From Christensenellales bacterium (lineage in GTDB: Bacteria > Bacillota > Clostridia > Christensenellales > CAG-917): DNA of 64,000 bases. The stretch is from NCBI GenBank assembly GCA_045130665.1, contig JBGUQC010000004.1, forward strand, positions 275,671 through 339,670. Direction: 5' to 3'. Both the position numbers and the translations under genes were made by a program. Positions 9,651 to 22,296 of this stretch are shown in pieces. The notes beneath the pieces were generated by a model. The model worked only from the letters and a program-made list of their open reading frames with translations, searched no databases and had not been told where the DNA came from. The stretch's first letter is position 1, and each line of letters opens with the position of its first letter.

Positions 9651-10786
9651 TCTTCCCTAACCCTAGCTAAAATTTCTTTAATGGTAGAGATAGTGTAATC
9701 TATCTCTTCTTTTGTATTATCCCTGCCAATACTGAATCTTACACTTCTCCTTGAATCTTCTTCACTAAGACCAATTGCAAGTAATGTTCTACTTGGTTTT
9801 TCAGAAGCCGCTGTACATGCAGAACCAGCTGATGCACATATTCCTTCCATATCTAAATTGTTTAAAACAATTCCTGGCTTGGTCTTATTAAATGTAATTG
9901 AAACAGTTCCTGGTAAAGATGTGTCTTTTTCAATTGAACCGTTAATAGATATATCTTCTTTTTTTAGTTCGTTTATAAGTCTATGCTTTAAATAATATAC
10001 ATTAGAATTATTATCATCCAACTCTTTTAGAGCAATAGATAATGCCTCAGATAATCCAACAATTAAGGAAACTGGTGTTGTACCACCTCTTCTTCCTCTT
10101 TCTTGTTCACCACCATTAACAAATGGTGCAATCTTTGTTCCTTCTTTAATATATAAAGCACCAATTCCCTTTGGACCATAGAACTTATGTCCAGACATAG
10201 AAAGAAGATCTACACCTAATTCATTAACATCATACTTTATAGTGCCTGTTGCTTGAACTGCATCTGTGTGGAATATTATTCCTCTTTCTTTTGCAATAGA
10301 ACAAAGTGTCTTTATATCTTGTATAGTACCTATTTCATTATTAGCAAACATAATACTAATTAATATAGTATCTTCACGTATTGCTTTAATTAGATCTTCT
10401 GGATTAACAAAACCATACTTATCTACATCTAAATAAGTAACTTCAAAACCATTCTCCTCTAAGAATGCACAAGAATTGTATATTGCTGGATGTTCAATCT
10501 TTGTTGTAATGATGTGTTTGCCTTTTTCTTTATTTGCAAAGGCCACACCTTTTATTGCCCAGTTATCTGATTCGGTGCCACCAGATGTAAAATAAATTTC
10601 TTTGGATTGTGCACCAATTAACTTAGCAATATTATCTCTGCAAGATAACACTATATTCGCGCTCTCCCTTCCTAAAGAGTGTATAGAATCAGCATTGGCA
10701 AAATCCTTTGCCATGTTTTCCATCATCTTATCGTACACTTCCATTCTAATAGGAGTGGTTGCTGCGTGATCTAGATATACCTTCAT
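9647..10786 (-). CDS. iscS: Cysteine desulfurase (IscS/NifS family)
   Basis: YLDHAATTP, FTSGGTESDN, HTDAVQA, PLP lysine in SGHKFYGPKG, catalytic Cys in SAGSAC. Confidence 0.93.
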   Translation of the reverse strand: MKVYLDHAATTPIRMEVYDKMMENMAKDFANADSIHSLGRESANIVLSCRDNIAKLIGAQSKEIYFTSGGTESDNWAIKGVAFANKEKGKHIITTKIEHPAIYNSCAFLEENGFEVTYLDVDKYGFVNPEDLIKAIREDTILISIMFANNEIGTIQDIKTLCSIAKERGIIFHTDAVQATGTIKYDVNELGVDLLSMSGHKFYGPKGIGALYIKEGTKIAPFVNGGEQERGRRGGTTPVSLIVGLSEALSIALKELDDNNSNVYYLKHRLINELKKEDISINGSIEKDTSLPGTVSITFNKTKPGIVLNNLDMEGICASAGSACTAASEKPSRTLLAIGLSEEDSRRSVRFSIGRDNTKEEIDYTISTIKEILARVRED

Positions 10787-12039
10787 TATTTTCTTACTTG
10801 TCCTTCCCCGTGAATGACATATTTTACGCTTGTGAGCTCTTTAAGTGCCACAGGACCTCTTGCATGAAGCTTTTGTGTACTAATTCCCATTTCTGCACCA
10901 AGTCCAAATTCAAAGCCATCTGTAAATCTTGTTGAAGCATTAACATATAATGCTGCTGCATCTACATATTTTGTGAAGTACTCAGCCTTTTCATTATCCT
11001 TTGTAATAATAGCTTCTGAATGCTTTGTGCTGTACTTGTTTATCATGTCTACTGCATCCTTAATTCCATCTACAACAGCAAATGTAATCTTGTATGCTAA
11101 AAACTCTGTATCAAAGTCTTCATCACTAGCTTCTTTAATGTCTTTAATAATGGCGCATGCTGATTTATCACCTAAAACTTCGACTTTAAATGCCTTTAAT
11201 GCATCATAAACCCTTGGTAAGAACTCTTTTGCTATCTTTTTATCAACAATTAAGTGCTCCGCTGCATTGCATACATGAGGGCGTTGAACCTTAGCATTAA
11301 CAACAATGTTAATTGCCATATCAAAGTCTGCACTGCTTTCAACATAAACGTGACAATTTCCACCTGCAGATGCAATAACTGGCATAGTAGCATTCTCTAA
11401 AACATACTTCTTTAAGCCTTCTCCACCTCTTGGAATAACTACATCAATATAGTTCTCTTGATGGAGCATGATACCACCTGCTTCTCTATCTGGTGAATCA
11501 ATGAAACCAATAATATCTGGATTCTCACCCTTGTTAGCAATAGCCTTTGCCATTATTAAATATAACTCTCTGTTGCTATTGAGTGCTTCTCTGCTTCCAC
11601 GAAGAACAACACCATTGCCAGACTTTAAACAAAGTGCTGCAGCGTCTACTGTAACATTTGGTCTTGCCTCGTAAATAATACCAATAACACCAAGTGGTGC
11701 TCTTACTCTCTTTAAGTTTAATCCGTTAGGAAGTACTCTTTCTTCAACAACTTCACCCACTGGGTCTGGTAGGGATATTATTTGACGTACACCTTCTGCC
11801 ATGAGTTCAATTCTGGCATCTGTAAGTGTTAAACGATCTAGGAATGTTTCGTCCCTTCCTGCTTCTTTAGCAATTGCTAAATCTTTCTTATTTGCTTCCT
11901 TTAAAGATGAAATGCACTCTTCATTAGATAATAACTTTACTATCTCTAAAAGAATGTCATTCTTCTTTGCATTGTCCATACCAGCCCAATCATATGAGGC
12001 CTTCTTGGTCTTTTTGCAAATATCTTGAACGTCTATCAT
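10786..12039 (-). CDS. proA: Gamma-glutamyl phosphate reductase
   Basis: PLGVIGIIYEARPNVT, PRGG, CNAAE, VNASTRFTDG.EFGLGAEMGISTQKLHARGP. Confidence 0.97.
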   Translation of the reverse strand: MIDVQDICKKTKKASYDWAGMDNAKKNDILLEIVKLLSNEECISSLKEANKKDLAIAKEAGRDETFLDRLTLTDARIELMAEGVRQIISLPDPVGEVVEERVLPNGLNLKRVRAPLGVIGIIYEARPNVTVDAAALCLKSGNGVVLRGSREALNSNRELYLIMAKAIANKGENPDIIGFIDSPDREAGGIMLHQENYIDVVIPRGGEGLKKYVLENATMPVIASAGGNCHVYVESSADFDMAINIVVNAKVQRPHVCNAAEHLIVDKKIAKEFLPRVYDALKAFKVEVLGDKSACAIIKDIKEASDEDFDTEFLAYKITFAVVDGIKDAVDMINKYSTKHSEAIITKDNEKAEYFTKYVDAAALYVNASTRFTDGFEFGLGAEMGISTQKLHARGPVALKELTSVKYVIHGEGQVRK

Positions 12040-12060
12040 AATATACCTACCTTTTTATAG

Positions 12061-12089
12061 ATTATAACCTAAGTTATAATTATCTTCAA
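12061..12089 (-). promoter_or_regulatory. SigA promoter of proA-iscS with an overlapping 8-4-8 inverted repeat
   Basis: TTGAAG-17 bp-TATAAT; ATTATAAC-CTAA-GTTATAAT at 12061-12080 covers the -10 and spacer. Confidence 0.6.
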
Positions 12090-12093
12090 TAGT

Positions 12094-12122
12094 AAAACTC
12101 CCATGCATTCACACGGGAGTTT
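12094..12122 (-). terminator. Intrinsic terminator of the infC-rpmI-rplT-trmH-yebC operon
   Basis: AAACTCCCGTGT-GAAT-GCATGGGAGTTT hairpin followed by T. Confidence 0.75.
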
Positions 12123-12136
12123 AGTTGATTTTCTAA

Positions 12137-12883
12137 TTAGTCTTCTTCGTCGTCTAAAATTGTTATTTCAGCGTTGTGATAAACATTTTGAACATCATCA
12201 TTTTCCTCGAGTAAGTCTATCATCTTTAATAAGGTTTCTTGTTGATGTTCATCTGGTTTTGCTGTTACATCTGCAATCATTGTAATGTCAGCTGCAACCA
12301 TCTTAATTCCTGCATTTTCGAATGCTTCTCTAACATCTGAGAAAGCATCTGGAGCTGTGTAAACAATAAATACTTCGTCATCATCTGTATTAATGTCTTC
12401 TGCGCCTACATCCATAGCTGCCATCATTAAGTCGTCTTCATCTATATCACATTTTGCAACGATGATTTGTCCTTTTTTATGGAACATGTAAGAAACACAA
12501 CCTGTATTTCCTAAAGATCCACCGAATTTATCGAATGCATGTCTTACATCACCAGCAGTACGATTCTTGTTATCTGTTAGTGTTTCAACAATACATGCAA
12601 CTCCACCTACACCATATCCTTCGTATGTGTTTTCTTCGTAGTTAATTGAACCTAATTCACCAGATGCCTTCTTAATGCTTCTGTTGATATTATCGTTTGG
12701 CATGTTTGCTGCCTTTGCTTTAGCAATAACGTTACGAAGTTCACTGTTAGATGCTGGATCTGGCCCGCCATTCTTAACTGCAATTGCTATTTCACGACCA
12801 ATCTTTGTGAAAACATTAGCACGTGCTGCGTCTGCTTTACCTTTCTTTTGTGCAATATTATGCCATTTTGAATGTCCGCTCAT
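12137..12883 (-). CDS. yebC: YebC/PmpR family protein
   Basis: Canonical start [10 protein letters not shown] at 12883 (ORF-track start 12913 overlaps trmH); YEGYG.GG and DDVQNVYHN motifs. Confidence 0.95.
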   Translation of the reverse strand: MSGHSKWHNIAQKKGKADAARANVFTKIGREIAIAVKNGGPDPASNSELRNVIAKAKAANMPNDNINRSIKKASGELGSINYEENTYEGYGVGGVACIVETLTDNKNRTAGDVRHAFDKFGGSLGNTGCVSYMFHKKGQIIVAKCDIDEDDLMMAAMDVGAEDINTDDDEVFIVYTAPDAFSDVREAFENAGIKMVAADITMIADVTAKPDEHQQETLLKMIDLLEENDDVQNVYHNAEITILDDEED

Positions 12884-12884
12884 C

Positions 12885-13634
12885 TTATACCCCTTTAACA
12901 CTATACATTGCAATAGCTGCTGCCACTGAAACGTTTAGTGATTCTACATTGTTTTTCATTGGAATGGAAATTGTCTTTGCTACCTTTTCTTTAATCTCTT
13001 TAGAGATACCGTGTGCTTCACTACCCATAATTAATGTAATTGGTGCACTTAGCTTTTCATCTAGAATATTACTGCCACTCATGTCTAGCATTGCACTATT
13101 AGTCTTTGTAATTAAAGATTGTGCTTGCTCAAGAGAAACATTGTATATTCTTACCTTGAAAATACCGCCAAGTGTAGATCTAATTACCTTAGGTGAATAA
13201 ACATCTACAGAATTGTAAAGATAAATATCTTCAAAACCTGCAGCTGCTGCTGTTCTTATTATTGTTCCTACATTTCCTGCATCTGATACATTATCTAGTA
13301 AAAGCGCATTTCCTGAAGGATAAGCAAACTCATTATTCATTTGTTTGCAAACAGCAACAATACCATAAGGTGTTTTAGTGTCTGATATCTTGTTTAAGAT
13401 ATAATCTTCTACTATAAATACCTTGGAATCTTTATGTTTATTAATAATAGAAGCACACTCGTCTTGCCTGTTTTTGTTTGTGAAGATATATAAAACCTCC
13501 ACATAATCAGGCATATCTCTTAATAGATTAATACCCTCCGCTAAAAACAATCCGTTTTCATCTCTTCCCTTTTTATCTAAAAGGGATGATGCTAACTTTA
13601 CGAACTGGTTTTGGCTAGAGGTTATTATTTCCAT
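12885..13634 (-). CDS. TrmH/SpoU family RNA 2'-O-methyltransferase
   Basis: [26 protein letters not shown]...[10 protein letters not shown]. Confidence 0.92.
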   Translation of the reverse strand: MEIITSSQNQFVKLASSLLDKKGRDENGLFLAEGINLLRDMPDYVEVLYIFTNKNRQDECASIINKHKDSKVFIVEDYILNKISDTKTPYGIVAVCKQMNNEFAYPSGNALLLDNVSDAGNVGTIIRTAAAAGFEDIYLYNSVDVYSPKVIRSTLGGIFKVRIYNVSLEQAQSLITKTNSAMLDMSGSNILDEKLSAPITLIMGSEAHGISKEIKEKVAKTISIPMKNNVESLNVSVAAAIAMYSVKGV

Positions 13635-13637
13635 TTA

Positions 13638-13991
13638 TTATGCTATTGCTTTTTTAGCTTGTTCACAAAGGCTTGTGAATGCTGCTGGATCTGCGATTGC
13701 GATTTCAGATAAAACTTTTCTGTTTAATTCGATTCCTGCAACCTTTAAACCATGCATTAATCTTGAATAAGAAATACCATTCATTCTTGCTGCTGCGTTG
13801 ATACGAACAATCCACATAGCTCTGAAGTCTCTCTTCTTGTTCTTTCTTCCAACGTATGCGTATGTGTTTGAACGCATTACTTGTTCTTTAGCTAAACGAT
13901 ATTGATTGTGTTTTGCACCATAGTAGCCTTTTGCTACTCTCATTATTTTTCTACGCTTCTTAACTGCGTTAACGCCTCTTTTAATTCTCAT
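13638..13991 (-). CDS. rplT: 50S ribosomal protein L20
   Basis: [27 protein letters not shown]. Confidence 0.98.
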   Translation of the reverse strand: MRIKRGVNAVKKRRKIMRVAKGYYGAKHNQYRLAKEQVMRSNTYAYVGRKNKKRDFRAMWIVRINAAARMNGISYSRLMHGLKVAGIELNRKVLSEIAIADPAAFTSLCEQAKKAIA

Positions 13992-14005
13992 AGTTCACCT
14001 CATTA

Positions 14006-14203
14006 TTATTTGTAAGGAAGAATTCTTCTCATTTCCTTCTCTCTTGTCTTATCGACATAGTCTACGGATGCGAGTCTGTTCTTTCTCTTTCTAGTCTTCT
14101 TTGTTAAAAGATGGCTATGTGCTGAATGTCTTCTTGTAAAATGGCCGTTAGCTGTTTTACTAAAGCGTTTTTTTGCTCCACTGTGTGTCTTAACTTTAGG
14201 CAT
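14006..14203 (-). CDS. rpmI: 50S ribosomal protein L35
   Basis: MPKVKTHSGAKKRF. Confidence 0.98.
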   Translation of the reverse strand: MPKVKTHSGAKKRFSKTANGHFTRRHSAHSHLLTKKTRKRKNRLASVDYVDKTREKEMRRILPYK

Positions 14204-14258
14204 AATCTTCTTTCAATCCACTAAATGGATCTTTGCCTCCTTTATATAATATTTTTAA

Positions 14259-14777
14259 TTATTTCTTGTTTGCTGGTGAGATGATAACGGCAATCATTCT
14301 TCCTTCTTGCTTTAAAGGTTTATCAACAACGCCCTTTTCTCCCACGATTTCCAAATAGTTTTTCATGATATTCATGCCAACTTCTGGATGTGCTAACTCT
14401 CTTCTCTTTAAAAGGATAGATGCTCTAACTTTATCCCCACCTTCTAAGAATCCGATGGTTTGTTGAGCTAATCTCTTTAAATCACCTACATCAATAACTG
14501 CAGATAATCTGATTTCCTTAATCTTAACTGTTGTTTGATTCTTCTTAGCATCTTTCTCTCTCTTTTGTTGTTCATAACGATATTTGCCATAGTCCATTAA
14601 CTTGCATGTTGCTGGAGCTGGTGCGTTATCTGGTGAGACTTTTGCTAAATCGAGACCTTGCTCTTCAGCGATACGTCTTGCTTCTTGAATAGAAACAATG
14701 CCATATTGAGAACCGTCAGCACCAATTAGTCTGACTTCTTTGTCTCTTATTTGTTGGTTAATTAGTAGCTCTTTTAT
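14259..14777 (-). CDS. infC: Translation initiation factor IF-3, non-canonical ATA start
   Basis: The track ORF (14597) extends in frame 60 codons to ATA at 14777 (IKELLINQQIRDKEVRLIG...ATCKLMDYGKY), preceded by SD AGGAGG. Confidence 0.95.
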   Translation of the reverse strand: MKELLINQQIRDKEVRLIGADGSQYGIVSIQEARRIAEEQGLDLAKVSPDNAPAPATCKLMDYGKYRYEQQKREKDAKKNQTTVKIKEIRLSAVIDVGDLKRLAQQTIGFLEGGDKVRASILLKRRELAHPEVGMNIMKNYLEIVGEKGVVDKPLKQEGRMIAVIISPANKK

Positions 14778-14789
14778 AGTAGTGCTCCT

Positions 14790-14912
14790 CCTAATATTAA
14801 AAAATTGAGTTATGCAAAATAACCCAATTCCTATGTAAATAAAATATTCAATTTTAGTTACAAAACCATTTTGTCTAGGACTTATGGTGCAAGTGGATTA
14901 CTTTGCTTTGCT
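14790..14912 (-). ncRNA. Ribosomal protein L20 leader (attenuator) of the infC operon
   Basis: 5' motif AAGCAAAGUAAUCCACUUGCACC; terminator AAUUGGGUUA-7-UAACUCAAUU-UUUU (14799-14829); GUAAUCCA can pair with the terminator left arm; position matches the Firmicute L20 leader. Confidence 0.7.
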
Positions 14913-14917
14913 GCTAT

Positions 14918-14947
14918 ATATTATCAATATGTTTATTTGATTGTCAA
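14918..14947 (-). promoter_or_regulatory. SigA promoter of the infC operon
   Basis: TTGACA-18 bp-TAATAT with extended TG. Confidence 0.7.
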
Positions 14948-14983
14948 CTAAATAAATTAATTTATTTTAATAATAAATATTAT

Positions 14984-15020
14984 AAAAGCCCCTGGTGCAA
15001 CTAATTCTGCATTTCGGGGC
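14984..15020 (-). terminator. thrS terminator
   Basis: GCCCC...GGGGC stem with inner TGCA/TGCA pairing, followed by TTTT. Confidence 0.75.
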
Positions 15021-15045
15021 TAATATATAAATTGGTTTGTCTTAA

Positions 15046-16983
15046 TTATTTAACAACCTTGTTGTTAATTTCATCCTTAATCTTGGCTAAGAATTCTTCG
15101 AATGTCATCTTGCCAATGTCACCCTCTGTTCTGGAACGAACTGAGATAACACCATCTTCAACTTCTTTATCACCAATGATAAGAATGTATGGTATCTTGA
15201 GCAATTGTGCTTCTCTGATCTTCTTTCCAAGCTTTTCACTTCTGATATCTAATACAGCACGGATACCTTCTCTTTGGAATTTGGCTTGTAATTCTTTTGC
15301 TGCATCAATTGTTCTATCTGTTAAGGATAATACTGCAACTTGCTCTGGAGATACCCATACTGGGAATGCACCATTGTATTTTTCAATTAACATAGCAAGT
15401 GTTCTTTCATATGAACCAATTGAACTACGGTGAATAATCATTGGGTTGACCTTCTCACCATTTTCATCAATATAGAACATATCGAAACGTTTTGCTAAAG
15501 CAAAGTCTATTTGAACTGTGAATAATGTATCCTCTTTTCCGTGTACATTGTATCCTTGAACGTCAAGCTTTGGTCCGTAGAATGCTGCTTCACCCCATGC
15601 TTCTGTGAACTTAACACCAGCATCAATTAAGATTTGTTCCATCATTCCTTCTGTCTTTTCCCAGTCTTCAGCTGTACCAATGTACTTTTCACTGTTCTTT
15701 GGATCCCAACGTGAGAAACGATATGTTAAATCTCCTTCTAATCCTAATGTCTTTACCATGTACTTAATAATGTCTAAAGCACCGAAAAACTCTTGTTCTA
15801 ATTGGTCCTTTGTACATACAATGTGTCCATCTGCAAGTGTGAATTGTCTAACTCTTGTTAAACCATGCATTTCACCAGATGCTTCTTTTCTGAATAATGT
15901 AGATGTCTCTGCATAACGGAGTGGTAAATCTCTATAAGATTTAAGACCATTCTTGTAAATTGTGAATTGGAATGGACATGTCATTGGTCTTAAGCATAAA
16001 ACTTCTTCATCCTCGTCTTCATCACCCATGTAGAACATCTTGTCTTTGTAGTGATCCCAGTGTCCGGAAATCTTGAATAAATCATTCTTTGACATGATAG
16101 GTGTCTTTGTTAAGAGATAGCCTCTTCTCTCTTCTTCGTCTTCAACCCATCTTTGAAGTAATTGCATAATCTTTGCGCCTCTTGGCATTAAGAGTGGTAA
16201 GCCTTGACCGATAGTTTCATCTGTCATGAATAGTTGTAAGTCACGACCTAATTTGTTGTGCTCTCTTGCTTCTGCCTCTTCAAGTTTTTGAATGTATTCA
16301 TCTAAATCAGACTTCTTTGTGAATGCTGTTCCATAAATACGAGTTAACATCTTGTTCTTTTCATTTCCACGCCAGTAAGCACCAGTTAAAGAAATTAACT
16401 TGAATGCCTTAATCTTGCCTGTAGATGTAAGGTGTGGACCTGCACAAAGATCTGTAAAGTCGCCTTGTGTATAGAAAGAAATCTCTTCACCATCTGGAAT
16501 ATCTTTTAATAATTCAACCTTATAAGGTTGTTTCCACTTAGAAATGAGCTTTTCAGCATCTTTTCTAGATAAGACTTTCTTTTCAATTGGTAGGTCTGCT
16601 TTGATGATTTCTCTCATCTCTGCTTCAATTTTGTCAAAGTCACCTTGGTTGATAGGTGTCTTGAAATCGAAGTCATAGTAAAAACCATCTTTAATTGCTG
16701 GACCAATTGCAAAAGCAGCTGTTGGATAAATGTTATGAACAGCTTGAGCAAGTATGTGTGAACATGTATGACGATAAGCAGCTTTACCCTCGTCATCATC
16801 CCATGTTAATACTTCAAATGAACTATCTTCTGAAATAATTTCGCTTAAAGATTTTAAAACACCATTTACTCTGCAAATAAGTGCAGCACGTGCTAAACCT
16901 TCAGATATTGCCTTTGTGATTTCCAATCCAGAAAGAGGTGAATCAAAAGTTAATTGTTTGCCATCTTTTAAAGTAATAATCAT
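15046..16983 (-). CDS. thrS: Threonine--tRNA ligase
   Basis: TGS N-terminus, RHTCSHILAQAV editing domain, DLCAGPH, PMTCP, GLTRVRQF. Start moved to ATG 16983 (SD GGGAGG). Confidence 0.98.
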   Translation of the reverse strand: MIITLKDGKQLTFDSPLSGLEITKAISEGLARAALICRVNGVLKSLSEIISEDSSFEVLTWDDDEGKAAYRHTCSHILAQAVHNIYPTAAFAIGPAIKDGFYYDFDFKTPINQGDFDKIEAEMREIIKADLPIEKKVLSRKDAEKLISKWKQPYKVELLKDIPDGEEISFYTQGDFTDLCAGPHLTSTGKIKAFKLISLTGAYWRGNEKNKMLTRIYGTAFTKKSDLDEYIQKLEEAEAREHNKLGRDLQLFMTDETIGQGLPLLMPRGAKIMQLLQRWVEDEEERRGYLLTKTPIMSKNDLFKISGHWDHYKDKMFYMGDEDEDEEVLCLRPMTCPFQFTIYKNGLKSYRDLPLRYAETSTLFRKEASGEMHGLTRVRQFTLADGHIVCTKDQLEQEFFGALDIIKYMVKTLGLEGDLTYRFSRWDPKNSEKYIGTAEDWEKTEGMMEQILIDAGVKFTEAWGEAAFYGPKLDVQGYNVHGKEDTLFTVQIDFALAKRFDMFYIDENGEKVNPMIIHRSSIGSYERTLAMLIEKYNGAFPVWVSPEQVAVLSLTDRTIDAAKELQAKFQREGIRAVLDIRSEKLGKKIREAQLLKIPYILIIGDKEVEDGVISVRSRTEGDIGKMTFEEFLAKIKDEINNKVVK

Positions 16984-16998
16984 TTTAAACCTCCCGCA

Positions 16999-17021
16999 GT
17001 AAGCCATACAATTGGCTTTAC
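16999..17021 (-). promoter_or_regulatory. Hairpin in the thrS leader with a tRNA-Thr anticodon-like loop (putative translational operator)
   Basis: GUAA-A-GCCA-AUUGUA-UGGC-UUAC ending 3-4 nt before the SD. Confidence 0.35.
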
Positions 17022-17051
17022 GTACTTAAATAATTTTTTTAGTGCCTTTCT

Positions 17052-17079
17052 ATTATAATACTTATAATAAAACGTGCAA
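17052..17079 (-). promoter_or_regulatory. Putative SigA promoter of thrS
   Basis: TTGCAC-16 bp-TATAAT, embedded in the upstream terminator. Confidence 0.55.
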
Positions 17080-17100
17080 CCCTTTTTTGAGAATTGCACG
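17069..17100 (-). terminator. Terminator after the beta-galactosidase gene
   Basis: CGTGCAATT...GGTTGCACG stem followed by TTTT. Confidence 0.75.
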
Positions 17101-17124
17101 AAATATTTTTTAATTTTTTGTAAA

Positions 17125-20148
<3,024 letters not shown>

Positions 20149-20157
20149 TTACCTTTA

Positions 20158-20862
20158 TTATAAGAAAAGAATTCTGCCACATTCTGGGCACTCTATGTAA
20201 TCTCCTGGTTTTTCTAAAGAATAAACTGCTGTGCCAATGAATTTTAGACATGCTTCACAGTATTCTCTATCTTTTGTTTGTTTTACAATATATGGGAATT
20301 TAACATTTGCTGCTTTAACTTTGTTATATAATCCCATTGCTTCTGGAGGAATAGTACCTGCAATTTGTTTTAAAAAATCATTGCACTTTGCAATATTAGC
20401 ATCTACAATTGCTTTTTCCTTTTCAAATTCTACCTTTGCAGTTTTTCTTGTCTCTTGTTTTACAACACCATCTTTACGAACTTCTTCAAATTTCTTGTGC
20501 ACCTTTGTTGTTTGTTCTAATAATTTTTCACAAGTGACATCTAATTTTTCAAGTTTTTCGGAAAGATTATTTAGTTTTTCTAAATAAGAAGTAACATCAT
20601 CTAAATTATCTGCATCTTTCGCTTTAGCCATTGCAGTCTCTAAATTTTTAGATAAAATATCGAAGTCAGTTAATGTTTTTTGATATTCATTACTGTATTC
20701 TTCCAACTTCTTTTGCAAATCCCTATATTCTGCAACAACATCATTGTATACCTTCATTGCAAGAGCATAGTTTTTATATGCTGCACTCTTCTTGAACTTT
20801 TCATTTAATTGTTCAATTGTTCCTTCAACTTTTTGGTAATCAAGTATAGCTGTGAAATCCAT
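20158..20862 (-). CDS. Coiled-coil protein with C-terminal C4 zinc ribbon (DUF164 / zf-RING_7-like)
   Basis: Long heptad region then CEAC...CPECGRIL; usual position downstream of nif3. Confidence 0.85.
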   Translation of the reverse strand: MDFTAILDYQKVEGTIEQLNEKFKKSAAYKNYALAMKVYNDVVAEYRDLQKKLEEYSNEYQKTLTDFDILSKNLETAMAKAKDADNLDDVTSYLEKLNNLSEKLEKLDVTCEKLLEQTTKVHKKFEEVRKDGVVKQETRKTAKVEFEKEKAIVDANIAKCNDFLKQIAGTIPPEAMGLYNKVKAANVKFPYIVKQTKDREYCEACLKFIGTAVYSLEKPGDYIECPECGRILFL

Positions 20863-20878
20863 AGTTCACTCCTTTATG

Positions 20879-21643
20879 TTATATAATCGTATTGAATGGT
20901 CTCTCTTGCTTAGATGTTAAAACTGTAACACCTAATGCACTCTCTATTAGACCTTTTATGATATCTTCAGCAATAATCTCACTTGAATAATGTGAAAATG
21001 AGACTACTGCGAAATTGTCTTCTTTAGCATCTACATAATTGTGGTGCTTGAAATCTCCGGATAAATAAACATCTGCCTCACTCTTTGCAAAATCATAGTT
21101 TTCTTTATCTGATCCGCCACCACCAGTACATGCAAATACTCTCTTAACCTTTTTCTTAGTATTTGTATATGTAACTGTTTCATCATTTAGTTTCGTTGAA
21201 ACTAACTTTGCAAAATCTTTGATATCCATCTTATCAACATCAAATAAGACTCCACAGCGCTCGGTTTGAACTTTAATATTCTTGCCATCTAGTATTTGAG
21301 CTAGTGTGTAGTTCATACCCTTTTCTGCTTTGTCTAAATTTGTATGTTCTGAAATAACAGCGATATCATTCTTTATGCACTTTTCAATAATCTTGCCTTT
21401 TCCATCACTTGTGTCTATTTCATATAATGGACTAAAGATTAATGGGTGATGTGAAATGATAAGGTTTGCACCCTTCTTTATTGCAAAATCTACAACAGCG
21501 CTTGTTACATCTAAACAAGCAACTATCTTCTTAACTTCCTCATCTGGATTACCAAGCATTAGACCAATATTGTCATACTCTTCTTTTAAAGATGCTGGCG
21601 CTACTTTTTCTAATTCATTTAGAACGTCTTGTATTTTTGTCAT
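20879..21643 (-). CDS. Nif3-like dinuclear metal center protein
   Basis: YDNIGLMLG, ISHHPLIF, HTNLD, GGG and HYSSE motifs. Confidence 0.92.
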   Translation of the reverse strand: MTKIQDVLNELEKVAPASLKEEYDNIGLMLGNPDEEVKKIVACLDVTSAVVDFAIKKGANLIISHHPLIFSPLYEIDTSDGKGKIIEKCIKNDIAVISEHTNLDKAEKGMNYTLAQILDGKNIKVQTERCGVLFDVDKMDIKDFAKLVSTKLNDETVTYTNTKKKVKRVFACTGGGGSDKENYDFAKSEADVYLSGDFKHHNYVDAKEDNFAVVSFSHYSSEIIAEDIIKGLIESALGVTVLTSKQERPFNTII

Positions 21644-22296
21644 TGTAACTCCTTTTGAGTTTGGGTAAGTCTTTGTAATTCCTCTTTAACTCCCTTTGCA
21701 TCTTTGTTGGTTTTTAGCAATTCGTTTAAATGTGCTATTCTTTCCTCGCAAAAGATTTTAAAGATTGGATCTACCCTGTAATTTATCCCGTAATAAATCT
21801 CGTTATCACTAGGAATCTTTGCTCCTTTTTCTGCAGAGAATGATGTATAGAAATGATGTCCCTCTTTTATCCAGATATCGTTAACTATGCCATATCCATT
21901 ATCTGCAAGTGTTTTCCTAACTTTTTCTTGGTGTCTGTTAGGTGAAAGCACAAATCTTTCGTATTTTTTGCCTTCACCAAACGCTCTTTCGAGTATTTTT
22001 GCTATTTCAGTGCCTCCAAGCCCTGCTAAGCAAACGCAAGACACTTCTTCACTATCTAACTCGTCACAACCATCAGAAACCCTACAAATCGTCTCACAGC
22101 CTTTATAAGATTTCATTAATTCATCAGCTTTTTCTAGAGATGATGCGGATATGTCCATGTTTATAACTTTCTTTATTTTGTTATTAGCATATAAATATGC
22201 CCCTAACTTTCCATGGTCACAGCCTATATCTGCAATAGATTCACCCTCAACTAGAGATGCAATTGCCTTTAGACGCTTAGATAGTATTACTCTCAT
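21640..22296 (-). CDS. trmK: tRNA m1A22 methyltransferase
   Basis: LSKRLKAIA, ADIGCDHG.L, SDG, AGLGG; rpoD-trmK-nif3 synteny. Confidence 0.9.
   Translation of the reverse strand: MRVILSKRLKAIASLVEGESIADIGCDHGKLGAYLYANNKIKKVINMDISASSLEKADELMKSYKGCETICRVSDGCDELDSEEVSCVCLAGLGGTEIAKILERAFGEGKKYERFVLSPNRHQEKVRKTLADNGYGIVNDIWIKEGHHFYTSFSAEKGAKIPSDNEIYYGINYRVDPIFKIFCEERIAHLNELLKTNKDAKGVKEELQRLTQTQKELQ

Noticed and set aside
16984-17124. T-box riboswitch upstream of thrS
   Set aside because: The intergenic region is only 141 bp and lacks the UGGNACC antiterminator core.
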